Positions 56,223 through 64,000 of a DNA stretch of 64,000 nucleotides are shown here, piece after piece (position 1 is the stretch's first letter; the number at the start of each line of letters is the position of its first letter). Made by a program: the position numbers and the translations under genes. The stretch covers positions 115,186-179,185 of the forward strand of contig CAZRBB010000003.1 of assembly GCA_964598205.1 (NCBI GenBank), in the 5' to 3' direction. Under the pieces are notes generated by a model. The model was not told where the DNA came from, searched no databases, and worked only from the letters and a program-made list of their open reading frames with translations. The stretch comes from an uncultured Candidatus Saccharibacteria bacterium (GTDB lineage Bacteria; Patescibacteriota; Minisyncoccia; CAIUEV01; JAHKAQ01).

Positions 56223-57645
56223 TGATTTGGTATCCTTGTTTCTCTATTGTTTGCCGCAAAAGATCGGCAGCTTGAAATTGTTTTTTTTCTTTTAAGGACT
56301 TTCTTTCCTGGGCCATTCTTTTAATGGTGATGGGGATTTTTTCTATTTTTTCTTCCAAAAGAAGGGCGAAAATTTGATCAAAATATTTTAGAGTTTCTTT
56401 GGTTTCTTTTTTATTTTGAAGTTTATTTTGGGAGAGTAGTTGATTTCCTTTTTTTACTAGGGCAAGAACAATCTTTAGGGCTTCTGGAGTGTTCAAGTCG
56501 TTAGCCATGGCTTTTTGGAACTGATGACGATAGGAATCAAGATCTATTTTTTTGGAATCGGAAAGAGGAGAAACGGTACATTTTTTTTGGAGGTTTCTGT
56601 AAAAATCGTTAAGACGCTCCCAGTTAGTTTGGGCTTGACGCATTGCGGCTAAGGTAAAATTAGCTTGGCTTCGATAATGGGAAGCTAGCTTTAAAGTCCT
56701 AAAAGCTAAAGGGTGAAAGCCTAAAGTTTCCAAATCTTGGCAGTGACCGCTGGGAGTGGGGGAAACGGTTAGGATATTGCCCAATGACTTAGACATTTTT
56801 TGTCCATCCATTAAGAAATGGCGAACATGAAGCCAATATTTAACAAAGGGTCGATTGGTGTAGGCTTCGCTTTGAGCGATTTCACATTCGTGATGAGGAA
56901 AAATATTATCTTCGCCACCAGTATGAATATCTAAGGAGTCTCCTAAATAGCGAGTGGCCATGGCGGTGCATTCAATGTGCCAACCAGGGAAGCCTTGACC
57001 CCAAGGACTATCCCAATGTAAAGAATGTTTTTTGTTTTTGCCAACTTTTTTAATCCAGAGCGCAAAGTCGGCAGGATTTTTTTTAGCTTCATTAATAGCA
57101 ACTCTAGCTCCAGAACGAATCTTTTTCAAGGTGTTTCCGGAAAGTTTTCCATAGTTAGGAAATTTTTTAACAGCAAAATAAACACCATCCTTGGTTTCGT
57201 AGGCAAACTTTTTTTTAATCAAGTCTTTTATAATGGTAATGATGGCGTCTATTTCCTGGGTAGGGCGAGGACGGAAGTGAGGCGGTTTAATGTGGAGCTT
57301 TTTTTCGTCTAATAGGAAGTATTTTATATAGTGTTCGGCGATTTTTAGTGGAGTCTTTTTTTCTCTTTTGGCGGCCTTATCCATTTTGTCCTCTCCACTA
57401 ACGCAAAGGTCTTCGTCGTCTGTAAAATGGCCAACATCGGTAATGTTTTTGATTTGCTTTACTTCGTATCCAGAAAACTCTAAGAAACGGCGTAAAATAT
57501 CGGCGGTTAAGTAGGCCCACATATTGCCAACAGAAGCGTAGTCATAAACGGTGGGACCGCAGGAATACATTTTGACTCGGCCTTTTTCTAATGGGGTAAA
57601 GGTTTCTTTTTTCTTAGAAAGGGTGTTGTAAAGCTTAATTGCCAT
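56182..57645 (-). CDS. cysS: Cysteinyl-tRNA synthetase
   Basis: MYSCGPTVYD (HIGH region) and KMSKSLGN. Confidence 0.9.
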   Translation of the reverse strand: MAIKLYNTLSKKKETFTPLEKGRVKMYSCGPTVYDYASVGNMWAYLTADILRRFLEFSGYEVKQIKNITDVGHFTDDEDLCVSGEDKMDKAAKREKKTPLKIAEHYIKYFLLDEKKLHIKPPHFRPRPTQEIDAIITIIKDLIKKKFAYETKDGVYFAVKKFPNYGKLSGNTLKKIRSGARVAINEAKKNPADFALWIKKVGKNKKHSLHWDSPWGQGFPGWHIECTAMATRYLGDSLDIHTGGEDNIFPHHECEIAQSEAYTNRPFVKYWLHVRHFLMDGQKMSKSLGNILTVSPTPSGHCQDLETLGFHPLAFRTLKLASHYRSQANFTLAAMRQAQTNWERLNDFYRNLQKKCTVSPLSDSKKIDLDSYRHQFQKAMANDLNTPEALKIVLALVKKGNQLLSQNKLQNKKETKETLKYFDQIFALLLEEKIEKIPITIKRMAQERKSLKEKKQFQAADLLRQTIEKQGYQINDQKDGAYELCKK

Positions 57646-57654
57646 GTTTGAATT

Positions 57655-58551
57655 TTAAAGCCACTTTTTTATCTTAACAAGAAGAAATGTTAGGAGCATT
57701 AAGGAAAAAACTATTCCTAAAATTAGAGCATAACTATTTATAGGAATCTTGGTGTTCATGCCAAAGATTCCTGTGACTAAGGTGCCGGGAAGTAAAACAA
57801 TAGAAAAAATGGTTAATGTTTTAATGGTTTCATTTAATTTGTAAGAAAATAAAGAATCATTGGTGGCTTCCAGCGAGTCAATGGTTTCCTTGTGGTTTTC
57901 TAAGATATGCCAAACGCGGATGTTGGCACCGATTATATCGGCAGTTCTAATTTTTAAATCTTGATCCGACTGAAATGTTTTATTAGAAGCTAAGGACTCC
58001 AAGATAGTTCTCTGTGGTTGAACAATGCGTCGAAAATTCTGAATATTTCTTTTTACAATAGATATTTCTTTAACCATTTCTTTTTCGTTGCCCAAAAAGA
58101 TTTCTGATTCTATTTTGAAAAGGTTATCTGTAATATGGTCTAATTTGGGAAAACAGGCGCTCCAAAGGTGGTCAATGAGTTTTAAGAGAAGAAGATAGGG
58201 ACTGCGGAAAGATTCATTGTGAATATCTTTTTGTTTTTGCTGTTCTTCCTGAAAAAAATAATCTAAGACTTCTTGATGTTCTAGACAGCTAGTAACTAGG
58301 TATTCATTATTAATAAGAATGTCTATTTCTCCAGTTTCTATTCGCCTATCTTGGCGATTAAAGAGAGGGAAGTGAAGTACCATGGAAATATAGTTGAGAT
58401 GTTGTTCTACTTTTGGTCGATAGGTTGGAAGATTGAATTCTCCTAAGACAATAGGATGTAGGTTGAATATTTTTTGTAAGGCTTCTAGGTCTTGGTGATC
58501 TGGTTTTTCAAAGTAGAGCCAAGTGTAGTGGGGGGTTTTAATAGATTTCAT
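57655..58551 (-). CDS. corA: CorA-family magnesium transporter
   Basis: GMN motif (GIFGMNTK) before the two C-terminal TM helices. Confidence 0.85.
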   Translation of the reverse strand: MKSIKTPHYTWLYFEKPDHQDLEALQKIFNLHPIVLGEFNLPTYRPKVEQHLNYISMVLHFPLFNRQDRRIETGEIDILINNEYLVTSCLEHQEVLDYFFQEEQQKQKDIHNESFRSPYLLLLKLIDHLWSACFPKLDHITDNLFKIESEIFLGNEKEMVKEISIVKRNIQNFRRIVQPQRTILESLASNKTFQSDQDLKIRTADIIGANIRVWHILENHKETIDSLEATNDSLFSYKLNETIKTLTIFSIVLLPGTLVTGIFGMNTKIPINSYALILGIVFSLMLLTFLLVKIKKWL

Positions 58552-58616
58552 TTTTTTAAATTTGAATAATTGAACAGTTTGGAAGATGATACTAAATATA
58601 TCATAATCTTAACAAT

Positions 58617-58699
58617 TATGAATTACGAATTTTTAATTTCGAAATAATTTTAAATTTTAAATTAAGAATTTAATCGAAATTAAAAATTCGTAATTCATA
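58617..58699. repeat. Perfect 26-bp inverted repeat (tatgaattacgaatttttaatttcga / tcgaaattaaaaattcgtaattcata) with a 31-nt AT spacer
   Basis: Read directly; the arms are exact reverse complements. Lies in the divergent corA/yidD intergenic region. Confidence 0.9.
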
Positions 58700-58713
58700 A
58701 TTCAATCTTTCTT

Positions 58714-58941
58714 ATGAATCGTGGACAAAAAGTAATTATTTTTTTAATTTCGTTTTACCAAAAAACGCTTTCGCCGGATCATAGTTGGATTAAGGTATTT
58801 TTTCCTTTTGGAGTTTGCAGATTTCATCCTACTTGTAGCGACTATACAAAAGATAAAGTAACTCGATTGGGTGCTCTCCGTGGTCTTTTTTTGGGTTTTA
58901 AAAGGATTCTTAAATGCCATCCTTTTTATAAGCCTCGCTAG
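58714..58941 (+). CDS. yidD: Membrane protein insertion efficiency factor YidD
   Basis: CRFHPTCSDY motif. Confidence 0.8.
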   Translation: MNRGQKVIIFLISFYQKTLSPDHSWIKVFFPFGVCRFHPTCSDYTKDKVTRLGALRGLFLGFKRILKCHPFYKPR

Positions 58942-58964
58942 CACTCTATCTTGACGAGTGCTAA
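58938..58964 (+). promoter_or_regulatory. CIRCE operator (HrcA binding site) upstream of hrcA
   Basis: cTAGCACTC-tatcttgac-GAGTGCTAA against consensus TTAGCACTC-N9-GAGTGCTAA. Confidence 0.85.
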
Positions 58965-58994
58965 TAGATGTTTTAAAATGATGGTAGTAAATTT

Positions 58995-59762
58995 TTGGCA
59001 ATGCTTACCACCCGTCAGGAAAAAATTTTAGAATGTGTTGTTAAGGAATATACCCGTACTGCACAGTCGGTAGGATCAAAGAACCTTTTAAATCGATACA
59101 AGTTTGGTGTGTCTCCGGCAACAATGAGAGCGGAAATGTTTGAGCTAGAAAGATTGGGATATTTATATCATCCACACACTTCTTCGGGGAGAATTCCAAC
59201 AGACAAGGGTTATCGTTTCTTTGTGGCTTCTTTAATGAAAGATAAAGAACTTTCCCGGAAGGACCAGATATCTCTCCAAGAGGAGCTTTGGAAGTTAAGA
59301 GCCAAAAGCAATCGAATGGCGCGAACAGCGGCAAAGATGTTGTCTGTTCTAAGTCATAATTTGGCAATTTCTGGAGTGGTAGAAGAAGAGGAATACTTTC
59401 AATCGGGAATTAAGGAATTACTTTCTCAGCCAGAGTTTACAGATATCGATGGAATTTGCCGTATAGTAGAAGTGTTGGATTATTTAGATCAGAATATAGC
59501 CGATCTCTTGGTTGATTTAAAGCAGGGAGAGGTTAAGGCCTTGATTGGTAAAGAGAATCCATTAGTAAAGGGCGAGCAGTGTTCTATCGTGGTGGCTCGT
59601 TGTCGGTTGCCAGAGGGAGAAACTGGCATAATTGCAATCATGGGACCTAAAAGAATGGAATATGCAAAGAATATTTCTTTGGTGCGTTATGTTTCAGAAG
59701 TCTTGGAAGGAAGGGCAGAATTAAGCGGACCGTTGTCAATTAAAACAGAGGACAACAGCTGA
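58995..59762 (+). CDS. hrcA: Heat-inducible transcription repressor HrcA (short form)
   Basis: LTTRQEKIL...VGSKNL...SPATMRAEMFELERLGYLYHPHTSSGRIPTDKGYRFFV. Confidence 0.8.
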   Translation: MAMLTTRQEKILECVVKEYTRTAQSVGSKNLLNRYKFGVSPATMRAEMFELERLGYLYHPHTSSGRIPTDKGYRFFVASLMKDKELSRKDQISLQEELWKLRAKSNRMARTAAKMLSVLSHNLAISGVVEEEEYFQSGIKELLSQPEFTDIDGICRIVEVLDYLDQNIADLLVDLKQGEVKALIGKENPLVKGEQCSIVVARCRLPEGETGIIAIMGPKRMEYAKNISLVRYVSEVLEGRAELSGPLSIKTEDNS

Positions 59763-59776
59763 TTCTAAATTATTAT

Positions 59777-59895
59777 GACTTACGCGTAGCCACATATTTT
59801 TTCGTTAAAATCTGTGCCATTCACTCACCGTAACCTAATTATGCCTTACTTGCTTTTCCGGTTTTGCCTTGAACTATAATCAAACGCGTAAGTCC
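59777..59895 (+). repeat. Dispersed TIR repeat family, copy G (full length without GC insert) between hrcA and grpE
   Basis: gacttacgcgtagccacatattttttcgttaaaatctgtgccattcactcaccgtaacctaattatgcc...ggttttgccttgaactataatcaaacgcgtaagtcc. Confidence 0.85.
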
Positions 59896-59912
59896 TAATA
59901 ATATTAAAGATT

Positions 59913-60467
59913 ATGTGGAATAAAAAGAAGAAAAAAGAAACAACTAAAGCACCAGAGTTAAAGGAGCTCAAAAAAGAAAAGAAAGCAGAAAAAATAGTAG
60001 AGGAGAAGGCAGGGGAAGCGGTAAAAGAGGAGGTGCTTAGGGAACAAGAGGATTACTTGGCTGGCTGGCAAAGGTGCAAGGCTGACTTTGAGAATTATCA
60101 AAAAAAAGTTTCCCAATTGTTGTTTGATTCCCAGCAGAAAACAAAGGAGCGCTTAATTACAGAAGTGATCGGGGTTTTGGACAATTTTAATTTGGCGGTG
60201 GGGTATATTCCAAAGGATCAAATGAAAGAAGGCTGGGTGATTGGAGTAATCTACATTAAAAAGCAGTTAGAGGATTTTTTAAAGAAAGAAGAAGTAGAGG
60301 AAATTTTGATTTTAGGAGAAGATTTTAATCCGGAATTTGCCGAATGTTTAGAAGAACTCCCTGAATCGGGTAAAGATAATAAAGGTAAAGTAATGGAGAT
60401 TATTCAAAATGGGTATCGTTTAAATGGGAGAGTAATTAGAGCAGCCAAGGTTAAAATAGGTGGTTAA
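59913..60467 (+). CDS. grpE: Nucleotide exchange factor GrpE
   Basis: K/E-rich N-terminus, DFENYQKK, and GrpE C-terminal beta domain. Confidence 0.85.
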   Translation: MWNKKKKKETTKAPELKELKKEKKAEKIVEEKAGEAVKEEVLREQEDYLAGWQRCKADFENYQKKVSQLLFDSQQKTKERLITEVIGVLDNFNLAVGYIPKDQMKEGWVIGVIYIKKQLEDFLKKEEVEEILILGEDFNPEFAECLEELPESGKDNKGKVMEIIQNGYRLNGRVIRAAKVKIGG

Positions 60468-60531
60468 ACAGAAACCGATTCTTAAATAATTTTTAAGAAT
60501 CAATTTCTTTTTAATTAATAATCAAAAAAAG

Positions 60532-62478
60532 ATGAGTAAGATATTAGGCATTGATCTTGGCACTACTAACTCCTGCATGTCGGTAATGGAGGGAGATAAG
60601 CCAGTAGTATTAGAAAACAAAGAGGGCAATCGAACGCTGCCTTCTATGGTGGCGTTGAGCAAGTCAAAGGAAAGATTAGTGGGTCTTTTGGCTAAAAGAC
60701 AAGCGGTAACTAATTCCGCGAACACTATTTTTTCGGCTAAACGATTGATTGGTCGAAAATTTTCGGACGCTGAGGTTCAAAGAGACAAAAAGCTTTTGCC
60801 TTATGAAATTAGAGAAGGAGCGGATGGCTCAGTAGAAATTAAACTGGGAGAAGAATGGAAAAAGCCAACAGAAATTGCGGCAATGATTCTTCAGAAAATG
60901 AAAGTTGACGCCGAAGAAAAGCTGGGAGAAGAAATTAAAAAGGCAGTAATTACTGTGCCGGCTTATTTTGACGACTCTCAAAGAAAGGCAACTAAGGATG
61001 CTGGGAAAATTGCTGGGCTGGAAGTGGAACGAATTATTAACGAACCAACAGCAGCTGCCCTGGCCTATGGTTTTGACAAGCTTAAAGATGAGCAGATTGC
61101 TGTCTACGATTTAGGTGGCGGTACTTTTGATATTTCTATTTTGGAAGTAGGAACAGGCGAGGAAAAATCTATAGAAGTAAAATCCACCAACGGTGATACT
61201 CATTTAGGAGGAGATGATTTTGATCAGAAGATTATGGACTGGATTGTGACTGAGTTTAAAAAAAGTGAAGGGATAGATCTTTCTAAAGACGGGATGGCAC
61301 TGCAAAGGATTAAGGAGGCGGCAGAAAAAGCCAAGATTGAACTTTCTACTGCAGAAGAAACAGAAATCAACCAACCTTTTATCACTACTAGTAATGAAGG
61401 GCCAAAGCATTTGGTTTTAAAAATGACTAGAGCTAAATTGGAAGAATTAGTAAGTGATCTAGTGGAGAAAACTTTAGAACCTTGCCGAAAGGCGGTGGCC
61501 GATTCTGGATTAAAGACTTCTGAAATAGAAGAGGTGATTCTAGTCGGTGGTCAAACACGGATGCCTTTTGTTCAAAAAAAGGTAGAGGAATTTTTTGGTA
61601 AAAAACCAAATGTCACCGTGAATCCAGACGAAGTAGTAGCAATGGGAGCGGCAATTCAAGGAGGTGTTCTAAGAGGAGATGTAAAAGATGTACTACTCTT
61701 AGATGTAACGCCTTTGACTTTAGGAATTGAAACATTGGGTGGTGTTCGCACTCCATTAATAGAAAAGAACACTACGATTCCAACTTCTAAGAATCAAATA
61801 TTTTCTACAGCGTCGGACAGTCAGCCTTCTGTAGAAATTCATGTTTTGCAAGGAGAGCGATCAATGGCATCAGACAATAAAACTTTAGGTCGATTTCATT
61901 TGGACGGCTTACCACCAGCTCCACGAGGTATTCCTCAAATAGAAGTAGTTTTTGATTTAGACGCGAACGGAATTTTAAATGTGAAAGCCAAAGATAAAGC
62001 GACCAACAAAGAACAGTCGATTAGAATTGAAGCCTCTGGTGGATTATCTAACGAAGAAATAGAGAGAATGAGAAAAGAAGCCGAAGTTCATGCTGAGGAA
62101 GACAAAAAGAAGAAAGAAAAAGTAGAAACACTCAATTTGGCGGATAGTCTTATTTTCACCACAGAAAAAACATTAGAAGAGGCAGGAGATAAAGTTTCCG
62201 AAGAAAATAAAAAACCAGTAACTGAAAAGATAGAAGAATTGAAAAAAATAAAGAACGGTGAAGACACGGAAGCAATCAAAAAAGCGGTGGAGGCTTTGAA
62301 TCAGGAAATTTCTAAAATAGGAAAAGAGCTTTACGAAGCGGCCCAAAAGGCGGAAGCGGAAAAAACGGCTGGTAGCGAAAAACCAAAAGAAGAAGGAAAG
62401 GTAGAAGACGCAGAAGTAGAAGAAAAAGATACAAAAAAGGAAGAACCAAAAGAGCCGGAGGTGGATTCAAAAGAATAA
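60532..62478 (+). CDS. dnaK: Chaperone DnaK (Hsp70)
   Basis: [29 protein letters not shown]; 648 aa. Confidence 0.95.
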   Translation: MSKILGIDLGTTNSCMSVMEGDKPVVLENKEGNRTLPSMVALSKSKERLVGLLAKRQAVTNSANTIFSAKRLIGRKFSDAEVQRDKKLLPYEIREGADGSVEIKLGEEWKKPTEIAAMILQKMKVDAEEKLGEEIKKAVITVPAYFDDSQRKATKDAGKIAGLEVERIINEPTAAALAYGFDKLKDEQIAVYDLGGGTFDISILEVGTGEEKSIEVKSTNGDTHLGGDDFDQKIMDWIVTEFKKSEGIDLSKDGMALQRIKEAAEKAKIELSTAEETEINQPFITTSNEGPKHLVLKMTRAKLEELVSDLVEKTLEPCRKAVADSGLKTSEIEEVILVGGQTRMPFVQKKVEEFFGKKPNVTVNPDEVVAMGAAIQGGVLRGDVKDVLLLDVTPLTLGIETLGGVRTPLIEKNTTIPTSKNQIFSTASDSQPSVEIHVLQGERSMASDNKTLGRFHLDGLPPAPRGIPQIEVVFDLDANGILNVKAKDKATNKEQSIRIEASGGLSNEEIERMRKEAEVHAEEDKKKKEKVETLNLADSLIFTTEKTLEEAGDKVSEENKKPVTEKIEELKKIKNGEDTEAIKKAVEALNQEISKIGKELYEAAQKAEAEKTAGSEKPKEEGKVEDAEVEEKDTKKEEPKEPEVDSKE

Positions 62479-62481
62479 TTT

Positions 62482-63567
62482 ATGGAAAAAGATTACTATC
62501 ATATTTTGGGGATTTCTAAAGATGCGAATGCGGCAGAGATTAAGAAAAGTTTCCGAAAATTAGCACATCAGCACCATCCCGACAAAAAAGGAGGAGATGC
62601 TGAAAAGTTCAAGGAAATCAACGAGGCGTATCAGGTACTTTCCAGTCCAGAAAAAAGAGCCCAGTATGATCGATTTGGCTCTGGCTCTTTTTCTGGTGGT
62701 GGAGGTGGGAGAGGTGGTTTTGAGGGATTTTCTGGCGGTGGTGCCGGTGATTTTGGTTTTGATTTTTCTTCTGGAAATTTTTCGGATATTTTTTCTGATT
62801 TTTTTTCAGGGTTTCAAGGAGAAGAGGAAGTGGGTGGCCGTCAGGGAGCGGATGTTGGAGTAGACTTAGAGATTACTTTTTTGGAAATGGCCACCGGAGC
62901 GGAAAAAGAATTGGAGATTTTTAAAGGAATGATTTGCTCTTCTTGCGGTGGATCGGGAGCGGAAAAAGGTAGTGGATTTAAAGATTGCTCTTCTTGCGGT
63001 GGATCAGGGAAAATAAGAACAGAGCGAAGAACAATTCTAGGGTCTATTGCTCAGGTGATTATTTGCCCAGAATGTAAGGGGAAGGGGAAAATTCCCGCCA
63101 AACCCTGTTCTTCTTGCCGAGGAAAAGGAATTCAAAAAGGAAAAGATAGAATTAAAATTACCGTTCCTGCTGGGATTAAAGATGGTCAAACTCTGAGTAT
63201 TAGCGGGAGAGGAGAGCCAGGGGAATCGGGAGGAAGAGCTGGCGACCTCTATGTTAATATTCATGTTAAGCCGCATCCGTTTTGGGAAAGAAAGGGTGAC
63301 GACATTTATTATCAGGCGGAAATTCCTTTTTCTTTAGCGGTACTGGGAGGAAAAATAGAAGTGCCGACTCTTTTTTCTAAAGTTAAAATAAAAATTTCTT
63401 CGGGAACACCGAATGCTAAAATTTTTAGGCTTAGAGGAGAGGGAGTTAAGCGCCTTTCTAATTACGGTTCTGGTGACTTGTTTGTTAAAATAAAGGTAGA
63501 GGTGCCAAATCGCTTGACTTTTGGTCAAAAAAAACTGATAAAAGAGCTCAAGGAAAAAGGTTTATAG
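62482..63567 (+). CDS. dnaJ: Chaperone DnaJ
   Basis: J-domain with HPD, a G/F-rich region, and CxxCxGxG zinc repeats. Confidence 0.9.
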   Translation: MEKDYYHILGISKDANAAEIKKSFRKLAHQHHPDKKGGDAEKFKEINEAYQVLSSPEKRAQYDRFGSGSFSGGGGGRGGFEGFSGGGAGDFGFDFSSGNFSDIFSDFFSGFQGEEEVGGRQGADVGVDLEITFLEMATGAEKELEIFKGMICSSCGGSGAEKGSGFKDCSSCGGSGKIRTERRTILGSIAQVIICPECKGKGKIPAKPCSSCRGKGIQKGKDRIKITVPAGIKDGQTLSISGRGEPGESGGRAGDLYVNIHVKPHPFWERKGDDIYYQAEIPFSLAVLGGKIEVPTLFSKVKIKISSGTPNAKIFRLRGEGVKRLSNYGSGDLFVKIKVEVPNRLTFGQKKLIKELKEKGL

Positions 63568-63588
63568 TTATTTAGTTCTTTTACTATA

Positions 63589-63947
63589 CCAAAAGAGGAC
63601 GGATGGCCGCTTGCTTTTATTAGCAAGAGGAAAGTCCGGACATCCCTTAGACTTGATTTAAGGAAAAGAGTAGTGGGTAACACCCACCTTTTTTAGGAGC
63701 GATCCTTAAAACGGGATAGTGCCACAGAGACAATACTAGTTCCACCTTGGTGGGACGAAAGGTGAAAAGTGAATTGGTTTTGTTTACAAAATACGATTCT
63801 CGGGCGCTAGTGATAGCGTTTGTGGAAAACCCTACTTGATGCAAGGCTGGGCCTTTTTTAAAAGGAATGCCGCTTGAGCCCACTGGTAATGGTGGGTCTA
63901 GATAAATGGTCATCGATTACAGAATCCGGCTTATAGTCCTCTTTTGG
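63589..63947 (+). ncRNA. rnpB: RNase P RNA (bacterial type A)
   Basis: P1 ccaaaagaggac/gtcctcttttgg; GAGGAAAGTCCGG (P4 5' strand); GTGCCACAGAGA; ACAGAATCCGGCTTATAG (P4 3' strand). Confidence 0.85.
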
Positions 63948-64000
63948 TATAGTAGAAGAAGGGGTGTTTTTAAAAATGTTTATTCGTTATATGATAAAGG

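Noticed and set aside
63647-63913. 88-aa minus-strand ORF
   Set aside because: It lies entirely within the RNase P RNA gene.
1-64000. CRISPR arrays, rRNA genes, tmRNA, SRP RNA, integrases/transposases, restriction-modification or other recognisable defence systems
   Set aside because: No regularly spaced direct repeats, no rRNA/tmRNA/4.5S signature motifs, and no recombinase or nuclease-ATPase defence gene signatures were found on either strand.

Overview
Low-GC (~35% by eye) bacterial chromosomal segment, densely packed with housekeeping genes. These include obg, a DEAD-box helicase, aspS, metG, fhs, ahcY, tgt, rarA, rmuC, hup, rplU, recR, dnaB, dus, cysS, corA, yidD and the hrcA-grpE-dnaK-dnaJ operon with an intact CIRCE operator. 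There are many envelope glycosyltransferases (three GT4, two GT2, one MraY/WecA-type) and DedA/VTT membrane proteins. Three tRNAs were found (Ala-CGC, Pro-GGG, Leu-CAA) and a type-A RNase P RNA at the 3' edge. The gene repertoire (short Obg, GAD-less AspRS, minimal HrcA, small proteins) fits a reduced-genome Patescibacteria/CPR-like organism; this is inference. Four things stand out. (1) A mosaic, partly GC-rich (~50%) sugar island at about 21.5-31.2 kb encodes a complete-looking sucrose cycle: SPP-like HAD, SPS-like GT4, a second HAD-IIB, a mutarotase-like protein, GH13_18 sucrose-phosphorylase, a ribbon-helix-helix::NDP-sugar pyrophosphorylase fusion, and an unknown 523-aa protein. The island shares near-identical promoters and GAGGGAGG Shine-Dalgarno sites. 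(2) A previously undescribed ~120-140 bp dispersed repeat family with terminal inverted repeats has at least 8 copies or fragments. All are in the same orientation, and 7 of 8 sit directly downstream of plus-strand genes, including between hrcA and grpE. Compensatory changes in the terminal repeats maintain complementarity. (3) A second GC-rich islet at 13.4-15.3 kb carries a secreted Cys/Trp-rich tandem-repeat protein, a Cys-rich small ORF and a 22-aa cationic Trp/Lys peptide with a perfect SD. (4) An ABC ATPase gene is interrupted by a single in-frame TGA. Other oddities are AATTACGAAT-based tandem and palindromic AT-rich elements, including a perfect 26-bp inverted repeat. All calls come from reading the sequence and motif memory only; no searches were run.
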